DNA of 64,000 nucleotides from an uncultured Prevotella sp. (GCA_947167845.1 CAMVJQ010000004.1:1275-65274), one strand, 5' to 3'; positions 26,833 to 36,580 are shown, counted from the stretch's first letter. Notes: generated by a model from the sequence alone, not told the origin. Numbers and translations: made by a program.

Positions 26833-28611
26833 CTATCCTTTCGTCTGCTTGTAGGCGGTGGGTGTCATGCCGTACTTGGCGCGGAAGTTGCGGGTGAAGG
26901 TGTCGGCACTGGTGAAGCCGCTGGCCTGACTGACCTGCTCGACAGTGAGGTCGGGCTGGTCGTTCATCAAGCGGATAGCATAGTCGAGGCGCAGTTCGCG
27001 GACGTAGGCCGGCAGGGACACACTGTTACTGCCCTGCGCGAAGGCGGCACCGATGCGCTCCTTCGAGAGACCGGTGCGGTCGATAAGCGACTGTCGGCCG
27101 AAGTCGGGCTGGAGGAAGAGCTGTTCATTCTCTATCAGGTCACGCAGGCAGAGGAAGAGTTGCTCGTCGGAGAGTTCGGTGAAATCAGAGATGGCTAATT
27201 CAGGTTTAGCCGAGTGAACTGACGGTTCAGCTGAAACGCTCAACTCACGGTATTTCTCCTTATACTCCACCGCCTCGGTGATTTGTTGGGCAAGGATGCG
27301 GTTCTTCTCTCGGGTGGCGCGCCACTGGCGGAAGGCATACAGGGCAAAGGCTAGAATCAGGAGGGCGAGGCTGCCAGTGGCAATGCTGATGGTATCGGCG
27401 ATGCGCTTGCCGGCTCGCTGCTGGTCTATCTCGCGTTGCTGTTCCTGGGCGTGGTAGCGGGCGGCAAAGAGGTGGGCCTTACCCTTGAGAAGCGAATCGT
27501 TCAATTGTTGGCTGAGGTCGGCATAGCGTCGCCAATAACCGTTGGCGGCGACGGAATGCCCCTGCGACTCGGCTACTTCGGCTCTGCCACGCAAAATGTC
27601 GGCGTAGTTGGCGTTCAGTGTGTCATCGACCATCGCCTGCTCCACCTCGTCATAGATGGTCAGCATACGGTCGTAGCGACCAAGGCGATGCAGTATCGGT
27701 GTCGTCACATAGCGTCCATGCAGGGTCTGGCTCGCATCCGTCTGTTCGTAGAGGTCGAGATAGTGAATGGCCTGCTGGGGCTGATGTTGTGATGCCGCGG
27801 CCAAGGCGAGGAATGAGTATGCCCGGCTACGGTAGAAGTCGATGTAGCGCGGACGCTCCTCAACGGTGATACCGCTGTAGGTGTTGCCCTGGTCATAGTA
27901 GTCGGCAGGGTGCTGCTCGAAGTCATCCAGCATGCCGAGCATCTGCTGTGCGGCATCTGCCGTCTCCTGGTAGCGTCCTATTTCTGCGGATACATCCGCC
28001 TTGCGCTTCAATGCGAGCAGGGCGAGGTTCATTTCCGTGTAATGTCGATGCCCTGTCAACTGCTGTATTGCACTGTCGATGCGTGCCAGTCCCTCCTGCT
28101 GCTGGCCGATGCGAACCATCAGGGCACCTATCTCGGCATTGCTGTAGGACAGCAGATGGCGCATGCCGTGTTCGCGATAGACATCGCTCAGCCGAGTGGC
28201 CCAGTGCAGGGCCTGCTCATAGTCCCTTTCTAATCGGTAAGCATCGAGCAGGATTTCGAGTATGTCAATCTGGAGGTCGTAGTCGGCCTTGACAGAGTCG
28301 TGGCGCATGAGACGCTCGCCAATCAAGATGGCAGAGTCGGTTCTGATTTCCGCATGCGACCGTCCGTAGACTCTTGCCCGCTGAATATCGGCACGGACAT
28401 CCGACAGGTTGCCCGCCAACCGGGCTGAGTCAATAAGCTGTAGTGCCCGTTCCGGCTCTGTGTCCACAAACGTCATGGCATACGCTGCCGTGTAGAGTGA
28501 ATCCGCGGCCTGCGGCGCACGCTTATGATCCTCGTCACCACTCTTGCAGCCTGCCGACGCCAGCAGGATGGCTGCTACCATTATTATATATCTCAACACG
28601 TGATGTTTCAT
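26833..28611 (-). CDS. Membrane-spanning TPR-sensor/AraC-family regulator
   Basis: Helical periplasmic part, one TM (IATGSLALLILAFALYAF), C-terminal LFLQPDF...RLDYA...VSQASGFTSADTFTRNFRAKYGMTPTAY. Confidence 0.9.
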   Translation of the reverse strand: MKHHVLRYIIMVAAILLASAGCKSGDEDHKRAPQAADSLYTAAYAMTFVDTEPERALQLIDSARLAGNLSDVRADIQRARVYGRSHAEIRTDSAILIGERLMRHDSVKADYDLQIDILEILLDAYRLERDYEQALHWATRLSDVYREHGMRHLLSYSNAEIGALMVRIGQQQEGLARIDSAIQQLTGHRHYTEMNLALLALKRKADVSAEIGRYQETADAAQQMLGMLDDFEQHPADYYDQGNTYSGITVEERPRYIDFYRSRAYSFLALAAASQHQPQQAIHYLDLYEQTDASQTLHGRYVTTPILHRLGRYDRMLTIYDEVEQAMVDDTLNANYADILRGRAEVAESQGHSVAANGYWRRYADLSQQLNDSLLKGKAHLFAARYHAQEQQREIDQQRAGKRIADTISIATGSLALLILAFALYAFRQWRATREKNRILAQQITEAVEYKEKYRELSVSAEPSVHSAKPELAISDFTELSDEQLFLCLRDLIENEQLFLQPDFGRQSLIDRTGLSKERIGAAFAQGSNSVSLPAYVRELRLDYAIRLMNDQPDLTVEQVSQASGFTSADTFTRNFRAKYGMTPTAYKQTKG

Positions 28612-28751
28612 AACCTTGTTCTCAATAACATCTGCAAAGGTAGTCAAAAATTGTCGAAGAACCGCTCTTCTTCCTCATTTTTAACCTCTTTTGATGACAT
28701 TTTTTCTTGTAATGCAGCTGAAGGATGTCTTAGTCAACCAAATGACTTATA

Positions 28752-28817
28752 CTGAATGTTCTCTGAATGTACTCTGAATGTACTCCGAATGTACTCCGAA
28801 TGTACTCCGAATGTTCT
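28752..28817. repeat. 11-bp tandem repeat x6
   Basis: c(t/c)gaatgt(a/t)ct six times between the divergent AraC and Fur genes. Confidence 0.9.
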
Positions 28818-28988
28818 CTAATTCCTGTCATTATAGTAATTTCGGTGGCAATAATACAAAAAAAAATAATAAAATGATAGTAAATCGGCGGTTATTTTTG
28901 TCGTTCTGGTTATTTTTTGTAAATTTGCGCACAAAAATGTGAGGACTTGAATCATGAAAGGAAATAAGTCACGAAAGGAGGCGATGCT

Positions 28989-29408
28989 ATGAACGAAGCA
29001 CAGTGTGCGCGGCTGCTGGAGGAGCACGGCGTCAAGCCGACGGCTAACCGCATCGTCGTGGTCAGGGAACTGGCCAGGAGCCTACACCCCGTAACGCTCG
29101 CCGAACTGGAGGCGAGGATACAGACCATCGACAAGTCGAACATCTTCCGCGCCCTGACGCTTTTCAGGGAGCACCGCCTGGTGCACGTCATCGAAGGCGG
29201 CGGCGAGGGCACACACTATGAACTGTGCCACAGTCATGACCATGAGCACGACGAGGACCTGCACCCCCACTTCTACTGCGAGCGGTGCCAGCAGACCTTC
29301 TGTCTCGACTACACCGAGATACCCGGTATACCGCTGCCGGAGGGATTCGAAAAGACTTCTGCCAACATGATGATCAAAGGAATATGCCCAGACTGCCAAT
29401 CAAAGTAA
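28989..29408 (+). CDS. Fur-family transcriptional repressor
   Basis: GVKPTANR, DKSNIFRAL, HPHFYCERC, GICPDC. Confidence 0.9.
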   Translation: MNEAQCARLLEEHGVKPTANRIVVVRELARSLHPVTLAELEARIQTIDKSNIFRALTLFREHRLVHVIEGGGEGTHYELCHSHDHEHDEDLHPHFYCERCQQTFCLDYTEIPGIPLPEGFEKTSANMMIKGICPDCQSK

Positions 29409-30067
29409 TCGCCTTCGATGCCGACGATACCCTGTGGGACTGCCAGTCGCACTTCGAGGCCGTAGAGGATCACCTCTACAGCCTCATCGCACCCTATTGC
29501 GAGAGTCCCAAGCAGGAACTCTTCAAGACCGAGTCGGCCAACATGGCCGACCTGGGCTACGGCTGCAAGGCCTTCACCATCAGCATCATCGAGACGGCCC
29601 TCCGCGTGGCGGGCAGCGAACTGAGTGCCGCCCAACTCTCTGAACTGCTGGATCACAGCAAGTCGCTGCTCCACCTGCCCGCCACCCCGCTGCCGGGAGT
29701 CGTGGAGACACTGGCGGGCATCGAGGGCTACCGGAAGGTTTGCTTCACCAAGGGCGAACTGCAGGACCAGGAGAACAAACTCAAGCGCTCCGGGCTGCTG
29801 AGATACTTCGACGACGTCGAGATCACCAGCGACAAGACGCAGCGCGAATTCCTGGCTCTCTGCGAGCATCAGCAGATACACCCCTCAGAACTGCTGATGG
29901 TTGGCAACTCACTGAAGAGCGACTGCGCCCCTGCCGTCGCCATCGGCGCCTGGGCCATCCACATCCCCTTCCACGTCACCTGGCAACTGGAGCACTTCGA
30001 TGATTTCGACCACGAGCGCCTCTTCAAGATCTCGCGATTCAGCCAACTGACGGACTATCTGGCATAG
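29384..30067 (+). CDS. HAD-family hydrolase
   Basis: IAFDADDTLW, TKGE, MVGNSLKSD; ATG at 29384 overlaps the Fur end. Confidence 0.9.
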   Translation: MPRLPIKVIAFDADDTLWDCQSHFEAVEDHLYSLIAPYCESPKQELFKTESANMADLGYGCKAFTISIIETALRVAGSELSAAQLSELLDHSKSLLHLPATPLPGVVETLAGIEGYRKVCFTKGELQDQENKLKRSGLLRYFDDVEITSDKTQREFLALCEHQQIHPSELLMVGNSLKSDCAPAVAIGAWAIHIPFHVTWQLEHFDDFDHERLFKISRFSQLTDYLA

Positions 30068-30110
30068 CGGGACAGCAGAGCAACTGAGAATATCTATCCA
30101 ACGAAACGAA

Positions 30111-31658
30111 ATGAGAAAAACTATCATGAAGAGACTGATCTGCATCATCAGCGCCGTCTGCTGGCTTACGGCTGGCATGGCCCAGGCCGACAAGGCGGGT
30201 GCCTATCAGATGCACTACACGGTGACCCCCGACACGGCTCGCCACTACCTGAACGTAAGGCTCGACTACCGGGCATCAGCACATGACGGTGCAGAACTGG
30301 TGCTGAACATGCCCCGCTGGGCACCGGGCTACTATGAAATGCTCGACTTCGCCAAGCACCTCTGCGACTTCAGGGCCACCGACGGTGCCGGCAATGCCCT
30401 CTCCTGGTGCAAGGACGGCATGAACCGCTGGCGCATCCATCTGCCGGCTAGTTGTCAGGCAGAGATCACCTACCGTGTCTATGCCAACCGGCGCGATGTG
30501 GCCTCCAGCAGAGTGGACTGCGCGGCAGCCTTCGTGGCCCCGCCCGGCGTCTTCATGCATGTCGACGGCGACCTGGAGCATCCCGTCACCGTCACCTTCC
30601 GCCTACCCTCGGAATGGAGGCATATCTCCACGGGGCTCAAGCCTGCCCGCGATGATGCCATGACCTTCACCGCCCGTGACTTCGACACGCTCTATGACTC
30701 TCCCTTCCTGGCGGGCAACCACCGCGTCAGCCGCTTCATCCACGAGGGGCACGACTATGAATTCGCCCTGGAGACACCTGACGGTGCCGACGAGATCGGA
30801 CTGGAGCGCGACTTCAGGCGTATCGTCAGTGCCGCCACGCGAATGATGGGTGACGTGCCCTACGACAACTACTGCCTGATACACATGGGAAAAGGCGACG
30901 GCGGACTGGAGCACCTCAACTCGCAGGCCTGCTATACCGACGGCACCTATCGCTTTGAGTCGCGCCGTCACCACGTGAAGTTCCTGGCCCTCGTTGCCCA
31001 CGAATACTTCCATCTCTATAACGTCAAGTGCATCAGGCCCGCCGAGTTGTGGCCCATCGACTATGACCGCGAGGCCGTCACCCCGATGCTCTGGGTGAGC
31101 GAGGGACTGACCTGCTACTACGAGTTCCGGCTGCTGCAGGAGGCCGGTATCACTACTCCCGACGAGGCCCTGGAACTGCTCTCCACCTATCTCCGGCTCT
31201 ACGCCCCTTACGAGGGCCAGCACCACATGAGCCTGCGCCAGAGCAGTTACGACATCTGGCTCAACTTCATGAACAGCGACGACAACTATCGCGACGTGCG
31301 CATCAATTACTACTTCAAGGGCCCTGTCATCGGCCTGATCCTCGATGTGGCAATCCGCGAGAAGACAGCACAGCGGCAGTCGCTCGACGACGTGATGCGG
31401 CTGCTCTATCGGCGGTACTATCAGCAACTCAAGCGCGGCTTCACCGAGGAGGAGTTCTGGCAGGCCGTGGCGGAGGTGGCCGGCACGCCTCTGACGGATA
31501 TGCGCCGGCTGGTGGATACCACCGACGAGCCTGACTATGACCGGCTGCTGGCTCCGGCAGGACTCCGCGTCGACAGGACCGGCTGGACAATCCGCCCTGT
31601 GGCCAGCCCTGATGCCTCACAGCAGGTCTTCCTACAGCGCCTGGGACTGGCGCGATGA
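30111..31658 (+). CDS. M61 family (glycyl) aminopeptidase
   Basis: Signal peptide; MPRWAPGYY, GGLEHLNS, HEYFH, WVSEGLT. Confidence 0.9.
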   Translation: MRKTIMKRLICIISAVCWLTAGMAQADKAGAYQMHYTVTPDTARHYLNVRLDYRASAHDGAELVLNMPRWAPGYYEMLDFAKHLCDFRATDGAGNALSWCKDGMNRWRIHLPASCQAEITYRVYANRRDVASSRVDCAAAFVAPPGVFMHVDGDLEHPVTVTFRLPSEWRHISTGLKPARDDAMTFTARDFDTLYDSPFLAGNHRVSRFIHEGHDYEFALETPDGADEIGLERDFRRIVSAATRMMGDVPYDNYCLIHMGKGDGGLEHLNSQACYTDGTYRFESRRHHVKFLALVAHEYFHLYNVKCIRPAELWPIDYDREAVTPMLWVSEGLTCYYEFRLLQEAGITTPDEALELLSTYLRLYAPYEGQHHMSLRQSSYDIWLNFMNSDDNYRDVRINYYFKGPVIGLILDVAIREKTAQRQSLDDVMRLLYRRYYQQLKRGFTEEEFWQAVAEVAGTPLTDMRRLVDTTDEPDYDRLLAPAGLRVDRTGWTIRPVASPDASQQVFLQRLGLAR

Positions 31659-31698
31659 CTGCGGCCGGGACATACTGATGATACGTGTCTGATATTGA

Positions 31699-31818
31699 TT
31701 TTGCGACAGATCCGGAGGCTGTGATTCGGGTCTGTCGCATTTCCGTTTTACTGTCGCTACTAACTGAAGAAGATTTTCAGAAAAGGTTTGGAAAGGAAGG
31801 ATTTCTGTCGTAACTTTG
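31699..31818 (+). promoter_or_regulatory. tssD promoter with the shared upstream motif
   Basis: TTTTGCGACAG at 31699; TTTG-N20-TAACTTTG with the -7 box at 31811. Confidence 0.75.
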
Positions 31819-31841
31819 CACTGTGATTCAGAAATCACAGC

Positions 31842-31911
31842 GCGAGTGAAGGCTGCGGCTCAGCAAAGCCCGAACAAGTTCGGCTCTGCATTCACCTTGC
31901 ACTTCACTTGC
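31842..31911. repeat. Palindromic REP-like element in the tssD 5' UTR
   Basis: gcgagtgaag...cttcacttgc outer stem; inner gcaaagcccgaac-aa-gttcggctctgc. Confidence 0.55.
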
Positions 31912-32007
31912 AACGTCAAAAGGAACAAACCTCCTCAAGACGCAACAACAGAGAAAAGAATTAAAAACAGTAATAACAATAAAAAAAATTAAGAAAGGAA
32001 ACGAGTT

Positions 32008-32406
32008 ATGGCAGAGAACGTAACACCAGTAACCCTCGCGGTGAAGGATTTTGAGAACAGAGAGGTAATCATGGTTGATTACAAGTTTGACCAGGCAACA
32101 GACCGTGAGGGGCAGATCGCAGGCATCCCCCGTGGCGGCAAGGTGAACATCCGCGTCAAGGCGATGAACGACGGCAACAACCAGTTGCTGCAGTGGATGC
32201 TCTCGCCGAACGACCCGCGCGACTTCACGCTGACGTTCTACAACACCGTCGACGGCGGCACGATGAAGCAGATCAAGGGCACCGGCTGCTACTGCATCCA
32301 CTACAAGGAGATGTGGGAGGACGGCCAGGAGCACTTCGAGGAGATCGAGGTGGTCTGCCAGAAACTGGAGAACGGCCCCGTCGGCTTCGACAACCCTTGG
32401 AAGTAA
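32008..32406 (+). CDS. tssD: Type VI secretion tube protein TssD (Bacteroidota Hcp), stand-alone
   Basis: 132 aa; YKFDQATDREGQ..G.PRGG.V, LLQWM, YCIHYKE, C-terminal FDNPWK. Confidence 0.85.
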   Translation: MAENVTPVTLAVKDFENREVIMVDYKFDQATDREGQIAGIPRGGKVNIRVKAMNDGNNQLLQWMLSPNDPRDFTLTFYNTVDGGTMKQIKGTGCYCIHYKEMWEDGQEHFEEIEVVCQKLENGPVGFDNPWK

Positions 32407-32431
32407 TCGAACCGCATCAGACAATGCGCAG

Positions 32432-32466
32432 AAAAGCCGCTGACTCGTCAGGAGTCAGCGGCTTTT
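32432..32466. terminator. Bidirectional terminator
   Basis: aaaagccgctgactc-gtcag-gagtcagcggctttt. Confidence 0.9.
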
Positions 32467-32499
32467 ATCGGATCAATTCCAAAAGTCAGTCGCAATTTG

Positions 32500-32577
32500 T
32501 GACCTCCCCTAACCCCTCCTACAGGAGCCCTCCTTTGTATTCAATCCCCCTCCTACAGGAGGGGTTAGGGGAGGTCA
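32500..32577. repeat. Second copy of the cccctaacccctcc REP/MITE-like element
   Basis: tgacctcccctaacccctcct...aggaggggttaggggaggtca. Confidence 0.85.
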
Positions 32578-32650
32578 TAACAACCGGCTTTTCAGACTAA
32601 CCCCTTTTATCTATGTTTGCCTGGGAGCGAGGGCAACTGGAGGCCGGCTT

Positions 32651-33895
32651 CTACTTCAGGTTGAAGCGCAGGCCAATCTGCAGGTTGAAGTTGGTCGGGC
32701 GGTCTTTGAAGAAGTTGCGCACGTCGCTCCCGTTGTCGAAGTGGTAGCGGATGCCCGGCTCAGCGTAGATGCCCAGCAGCGGCAGGATGTCGTACTGCAG
32801 TCCTGCACTGCCTCCCACCGACCATTGCATGCGGTCCTTCTCCATCGTCTGTGCCACATGGCCTGTCTCCGTGTCGGCCTTGATGTTCCAGTCGGCCTCT
32901 ATGCCTGCCGCGAGATAGACCTTCAGTCTGCGGTAGCCCCAGACCTGCCATTGCAGCGAGAGCGGGATGCCCAGGTAGTGGAGGGTCTGATGGTGCTGTA
33001 CCTGATAGTCGTACATGAGCGAGGTGAATGTGGAGTTCAGCCGTGTATAGGCCAGTCCCGTGGCTATGGAGAGTCTGGGGCTGAGGGGATAACTGGCGGT
33101 GAGGCCGATGGAGACGGGCTGGGCGTGCTGCTGCTGCTCTTCGTGACCGGAGAGATAGATGATGCTCCTTGTCCTGGCTGCGCCTGCAGTAGGCTGCGCG
33201 TTAGTATAGTCGTAGAGTGCCGCCATCTGCGGGCTCATCCTGACGGCGTTTCTGCCGTCCAGGCCCGTCATGCCGCTGCTGGCGTATAGTCGGAGCGACA
33301 GGTGGCGGCCCTGGGGAGCGGGGGTGCGGGGGAGCGGGGGAGCGGGGGTACGGGTGAGTGAAGCGGCGAGGCGTTGTGACTCTTCAGGATGCTCCTGGGG
33401 CTTCGCTGCTTCTGCGTCATCGGTTTTCGCCGTCACGTCCTTGTCGGGCTGTTCGGCGGTAGTACCCGGATTTTCCGGCCCTGCCGTGATGATCGGCACT
33501 TCCGCTTTTGTCGGTGCGGCCATAGTGAGTGGTGTCCCTGCTTTTGTCGGCGCGGCCATGGCGAGAGGCTGTGTCTGCGGCATTCCTCCGTTGTCACGGC
33601 CGGTTTCGGCGGGTGGCTCAGTCTGCAGGGGCTCCGCGCCTTTCCCGCTGACTTCGGCTACGGCTTGGCCTGTGGCTTGCGGCTCTTGCCCCTGCCACCA
33701 CAGATAAGTGCCTCCGACGGCGACAAGTGCCACGGCGGCGGCGATGCTCCATCGGCGCAGGGCGATGAAACGGCGACGCCCTCCTGCTTCTGCGGGTAGC
33801 GAGGCTTCGATGTCGGCCCACAGGTCGCGTGAGACTGGCTCCTGATGGTCTGCCAGTCTGTTCTCCAGTCGATGTGCCCATTCTTCCTGTTTCAT
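32651..33895 (-). CDS. Anti-sigma-like protein with C-terminal outer-membrane beta-barrel
   Basis: N-terminal P..DLWADIE, TM WSIAAAVALV, Pro/Ala linker, YLGIPL...EPGIRYHF...LQIGLRFNLK. Confidence 0.8.
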   Translation of the reverse strand: MKQEEWAHRLENRLADHQEPVSRDLWADIEASLPAEAGGRRRFIALRRWSIAAAVALVAVGGTYLWWQGQEPQATGQAVAEVSGKGAEPLQTEPPAETGRDNGGMPQTQPLAMAAPTKAGTPLTMAAPTKAEVPIITAGPENPGTTAEQPDKDVTAKTDDAEAAKPQEHPEESQRLAASLTRTPAPPLPRTPAPQGRHLSLRLYASSGMTGLDGRNAVRMSPQMAALYDYTNAQPTAGAARTRSIIYLSGHEEQQQHAQPVSIGLTASYPLSPRLSIATGLAYTRLNSTFTSLMYDYQVQHHQTLHYLGIPLSLQWQVWGYRRLKVYLAAGIEADWNIKADTETGHVAQTMEKDRMQWSVGGSAGLQYDILPLLGIYAEPGIRYHFDNGSDVRNFFKDRPTNFNLQIGLRFNLK

Positions 33896-34440
33896 CTCTC
33901 TTGTTGCTTTAAGTAATCTTTCATCATCTTGGCCAGCATCCGTCTGGCCCTGTTCAGTTGCGAGGCTGACGAGTTCTCCTTGATGCCGAGTCGCCGTGCT
34001 ATCTCCTTGTGGGGACAGTGCTCGAAGACGTAGAGGTTGAGCACCATTCGGTAGCCTGTGGGCAACTGGCTGATCATCCTCGTCAGCACGTCGGGCGGGA
34101 TGTCCTCGGTATCGGGCTCCTCGCCGTCGGGGATGTCGGGCACCGTGCCGGTGAAGGTCACCCGTTCGCGCCGCTTCAGATAGTCGATGGCCTTGTTGGC
34201 CACGATTCTCGACACCCAGGCGGCGAGCGCCCCCTCGCCCTGGAGTCTGAACTGCCCGATGGAGGTCAGGATGCTGACGAAACAGTCCTGCACCACGTCC
34301 TCTGCCGCCTCGCGCTCAGGGATGTACCTCAGGGCTACGGCCATGGCGCGGCCTGCGTAGCGGTCGTACAGACGACGCATGGCCGTGCGGTCGCCGTGAT
34401 GGATGGCATCAAGCAGTTGCTGTTCCGTCTCCATTGTCAC
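33892..34440 (-). CDS. ECF sigma-70 factor
   Basis: AEDVVQD, WVSRIVANKAID, LPTGYRMVLNL, HKEIARRLGI...S.SQL.RAR. Confidence 0.95.
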   Translation of the reverse strand: MTMETEQQLLDAIHHGDRTAMRRLYDRYAGRAMAVALRYIPEREAAEDVVQDCFVSILTSIGQFRLQGEGALAAWVSRIVANKAIDYLKRRERVTFTGTVPDIPDGEEPDTEDIPPDVLTRMISQLPTGYRMVLNLYVFEHCPHKEIARRLGIKENSSASQLNRARRMLAKMMKDYLKQQER

Positions 34441-35048
34441 TTCCGCGTGCGGCTGGTTGTAGAGAACGACAGGTTGAGGGCGGGGCTGAAGCGCTTGACG
34501 CTGATGACCGTCGCGTGGTGATTCGTCCTGTTGACTTCATCACTGACGACGATGCTGTCGATGGGTGCGATGCCAGTCCACGAGTCGGTGGTCTTATTAT
34601 AAAGGGTGGTAGAGCGCTCTGGCGCGAAGCAGACTTTGTAGGACAGCATCTGTCCGCCGATGTCCACAGACTGCTCGTAGGCCGTGTTCTGTATCTTGAA
34701 ATAGCAGTTTTCGTCAGAGTAGCCAGTCATCATGAGGTGCATGGCCCATATCTGGGTGATGTCGTCGCCGAGCAGCGTGACCTGCTGACCGGGGAATATC
34801 TGCTGGTGCAGCCAGTCGTGGGGCAGGGCGAGGATGTTGGCGGTCACCATGACCTGTAGCATGGATACGCCCACGCTCTTGCCGTCGACTTTCCAGTCGA
34901 GGGTGAATTCTCCGTTATACTCCCGTTCTGTTTCCGCACGGGGCACGGAATAATCGTCGGCGGAACCATTCAAACTGTCGTCGTCGTTCTTCAGACAGGA
35001 AGCGAGCAGGGCTGCACAGAGCAGGGCCGGTAGGATCTTTTTCATCAT
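34437..35048 (-). CDS. Hypothetical lipoprotein
   Basis: Lipobox LASC; overlaps the start of the sigma gene. Confidence 0.75.
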   Translation of the reverse strand: MMKKILPALLCAALLASCLKNDDDSLNGSADDYSVPRAETEREYNGEFTLDWKVDGKSVGVSMLQVMVTANILALPHDWLHQQIFPGQQVTLLGDDITQIWAMHLMMTGYSDENCYFKIQNTAYEQSVDIGGQMLSYKVCFAPERSTTLYNKTTDSWTGIAPIDSIVVSDEVNRTNHHATVISVKRFSPALNLSFSTTSRTRK

Positions 35049-35158
35049 TGTCTCTTTTCCTTTTTATAGTGATAACTGCAAAATCCTGAAATCTTGCATG
35101 GCCGCCCCGAAAAAATGCACAATTCTCTCTCCTCTTTCCTCTCTCCTCTCTCCTCTTT

Positions 35159-36580
35159 TCATAAATTCTTCCTCGCTAGCCAGAGGCCGGTGAAGGTGAG
35201 CAGGCCGTTGAGCATCAGCAGTTCGTAGCCGAAGCGATAGGCCCAGAGGTGCTGTGCGGCGGCATCGAGGGCATAGCAGAGCAGGGGAGAGGCGATGCAG
35301 ATATAGGGCACAAGACGGTCGTCGGGCTGCCGTCGGGTGAAGAGCCCGAAAGTGAAGAGGCCGAGCAGCGGGCCGTAGGTGTAACTGGCGATGGTGTAGA
35401 TGGCATCGATCAGCGAGGTGGAGTTGACGGCACGGAACAGCAGGATGAACATCACGAAGAAGAGGCACATGCAGATGTGGGCGCGCTTGCGGAGCCGCTC
35501 GTTGTCAGGCTGCCGCCGGATGTCCACGCAGTAACTGGTGGTGAGCGATGTAAGGGCGGAGTCGGCACTGGAGAACGAGGCTGCCACGATGCCGATGATG
35601 AATAAGTGAAGCGTGAAGAGTGAAGCGTGAAGAATCGCTCCGCTCTCTACAAAGGTGGGCAGCAGTGTGTCACCCTTCATCTGAGCAGCCGCATCGCCGA
35701 AGTAAATGGCCAGCAGTACGCCAAGCGACAGGAACAGCAGGTTGGCTGGCACAAAGGCCATACCGTAGGTACACATGTCCTTCTGAGCATCGCGGAGCGA
35801 CTTGCAGGTCAGGTTCTTCTGCATCATGTCCTGATCCAGGCCCGTCATCACGATGGCAATGAAGGCACCTGCCAGAAACTGTTTCCAAAAGTTATGGGGC
35901 GACACCCAGTCGTCGAACACGAAGATGCGGCTCATTGGTGAGGCGGCAATGGTATCGATAGCATCACCGACTGAGAAGTGGAGACCGCTAATGACCGTAA
36001 AGATAATCAGGATGAGGGCCGTGAAGAGGCAGACGGTCTGGAAGGTGTCGGTGAAGACCAGTGTGCCGATGCCGCCGCGCTGGGTGTAGAGCCAGATGAG
36101 CGAGACCATCGCCAGCACATTCACGATGAAAGGGATGCCCACAGGGTCGAACACAAACTGCTGCAGGATGATGCACACCACGTAGAACCTGACGGCAGCC
36201 CCCGTCATCTTCGACAGCAGGAAGAACGAGGCGCCCGTCAGATAGGAGCGCTTGCCGAGCCGCTGGCCCAGATAACCGTAGATGGTGGTCAGGTTGAGTC
36301 GGTAGTAGAGTGGCAGCAGCACGAAGGCTATCACCAGATAGCCCACGATGAAGCCCAGGCACATCTGCAGATAGGTCATCTGCGACGTCAGCACCATGCC
36401 CGGCACGCTGACGAACGTCACGCCGGAGATGGATGCCCCGATCATGCCAAAGGCCACCATGTACCACGGCGCACGGCGGTTGGCGCGGTAGAAGGTGTTG
36501 TTGTCGGCTCGTCTGCTGGTAAGGCGGCTAATACCAAAAAGGACTGCGAAATACGCCAATACTGTCAGTAGTATCATCAT
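35159..36580 (-). CDS. Sodium:solute symporter
   Basis: ASISGVTFVSVPG, TDTFQT, GLDQDMMQK, SSADSALTSL; -7 box at 36590-36597 suggests a near-leaderless start. Confidence 0.9.
   Translation of the reverse strand: MMILLTVLAYFAVLFGISRLTSRRADNNTFYRANRRAPWYMVAFGMIGASISGVTFVSVPGMVLTSQMTYLQMCLGFIVGYLVIAFVLLPLYYRLNLTTIYGYLGQRLGKRSYLTGASFFLLSKMTGAAVRFYVVCIILQQFVFDPVGIPFIVNVLAMVSLIWLYTQRGGIGTLVFTDTFQTVCLFTALILIIFTVISGLHFSVGDAIDTIAASPMSRIFVFDDWVSPHNFWKQFLAGAFIAIVMTGLDQDMMQKNLTCKSLRDAQKDMCTYGMAFVPANLLFLSLGVLLAIYFGDAAAQMKGDTLLPTFVESGAILHASLFTLHLFIIGIVAASFSSADSALTSLTTSYCVDIRRQPDNERLRKRAHICMCLFFVMFILLFRAVNSTSLIDAIYTIASYTYGPLLGLFTFGLFTRRQPDDRLVPYICIASPLLCYALDAAAQHLWAYRFGYELLMLNGLLTFTGLWLARKNL

Noticed and set aside
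28752..28817. Possible CRISPR array
   Set aside because: Units are contiguous with no spacers; no cas genes in the window
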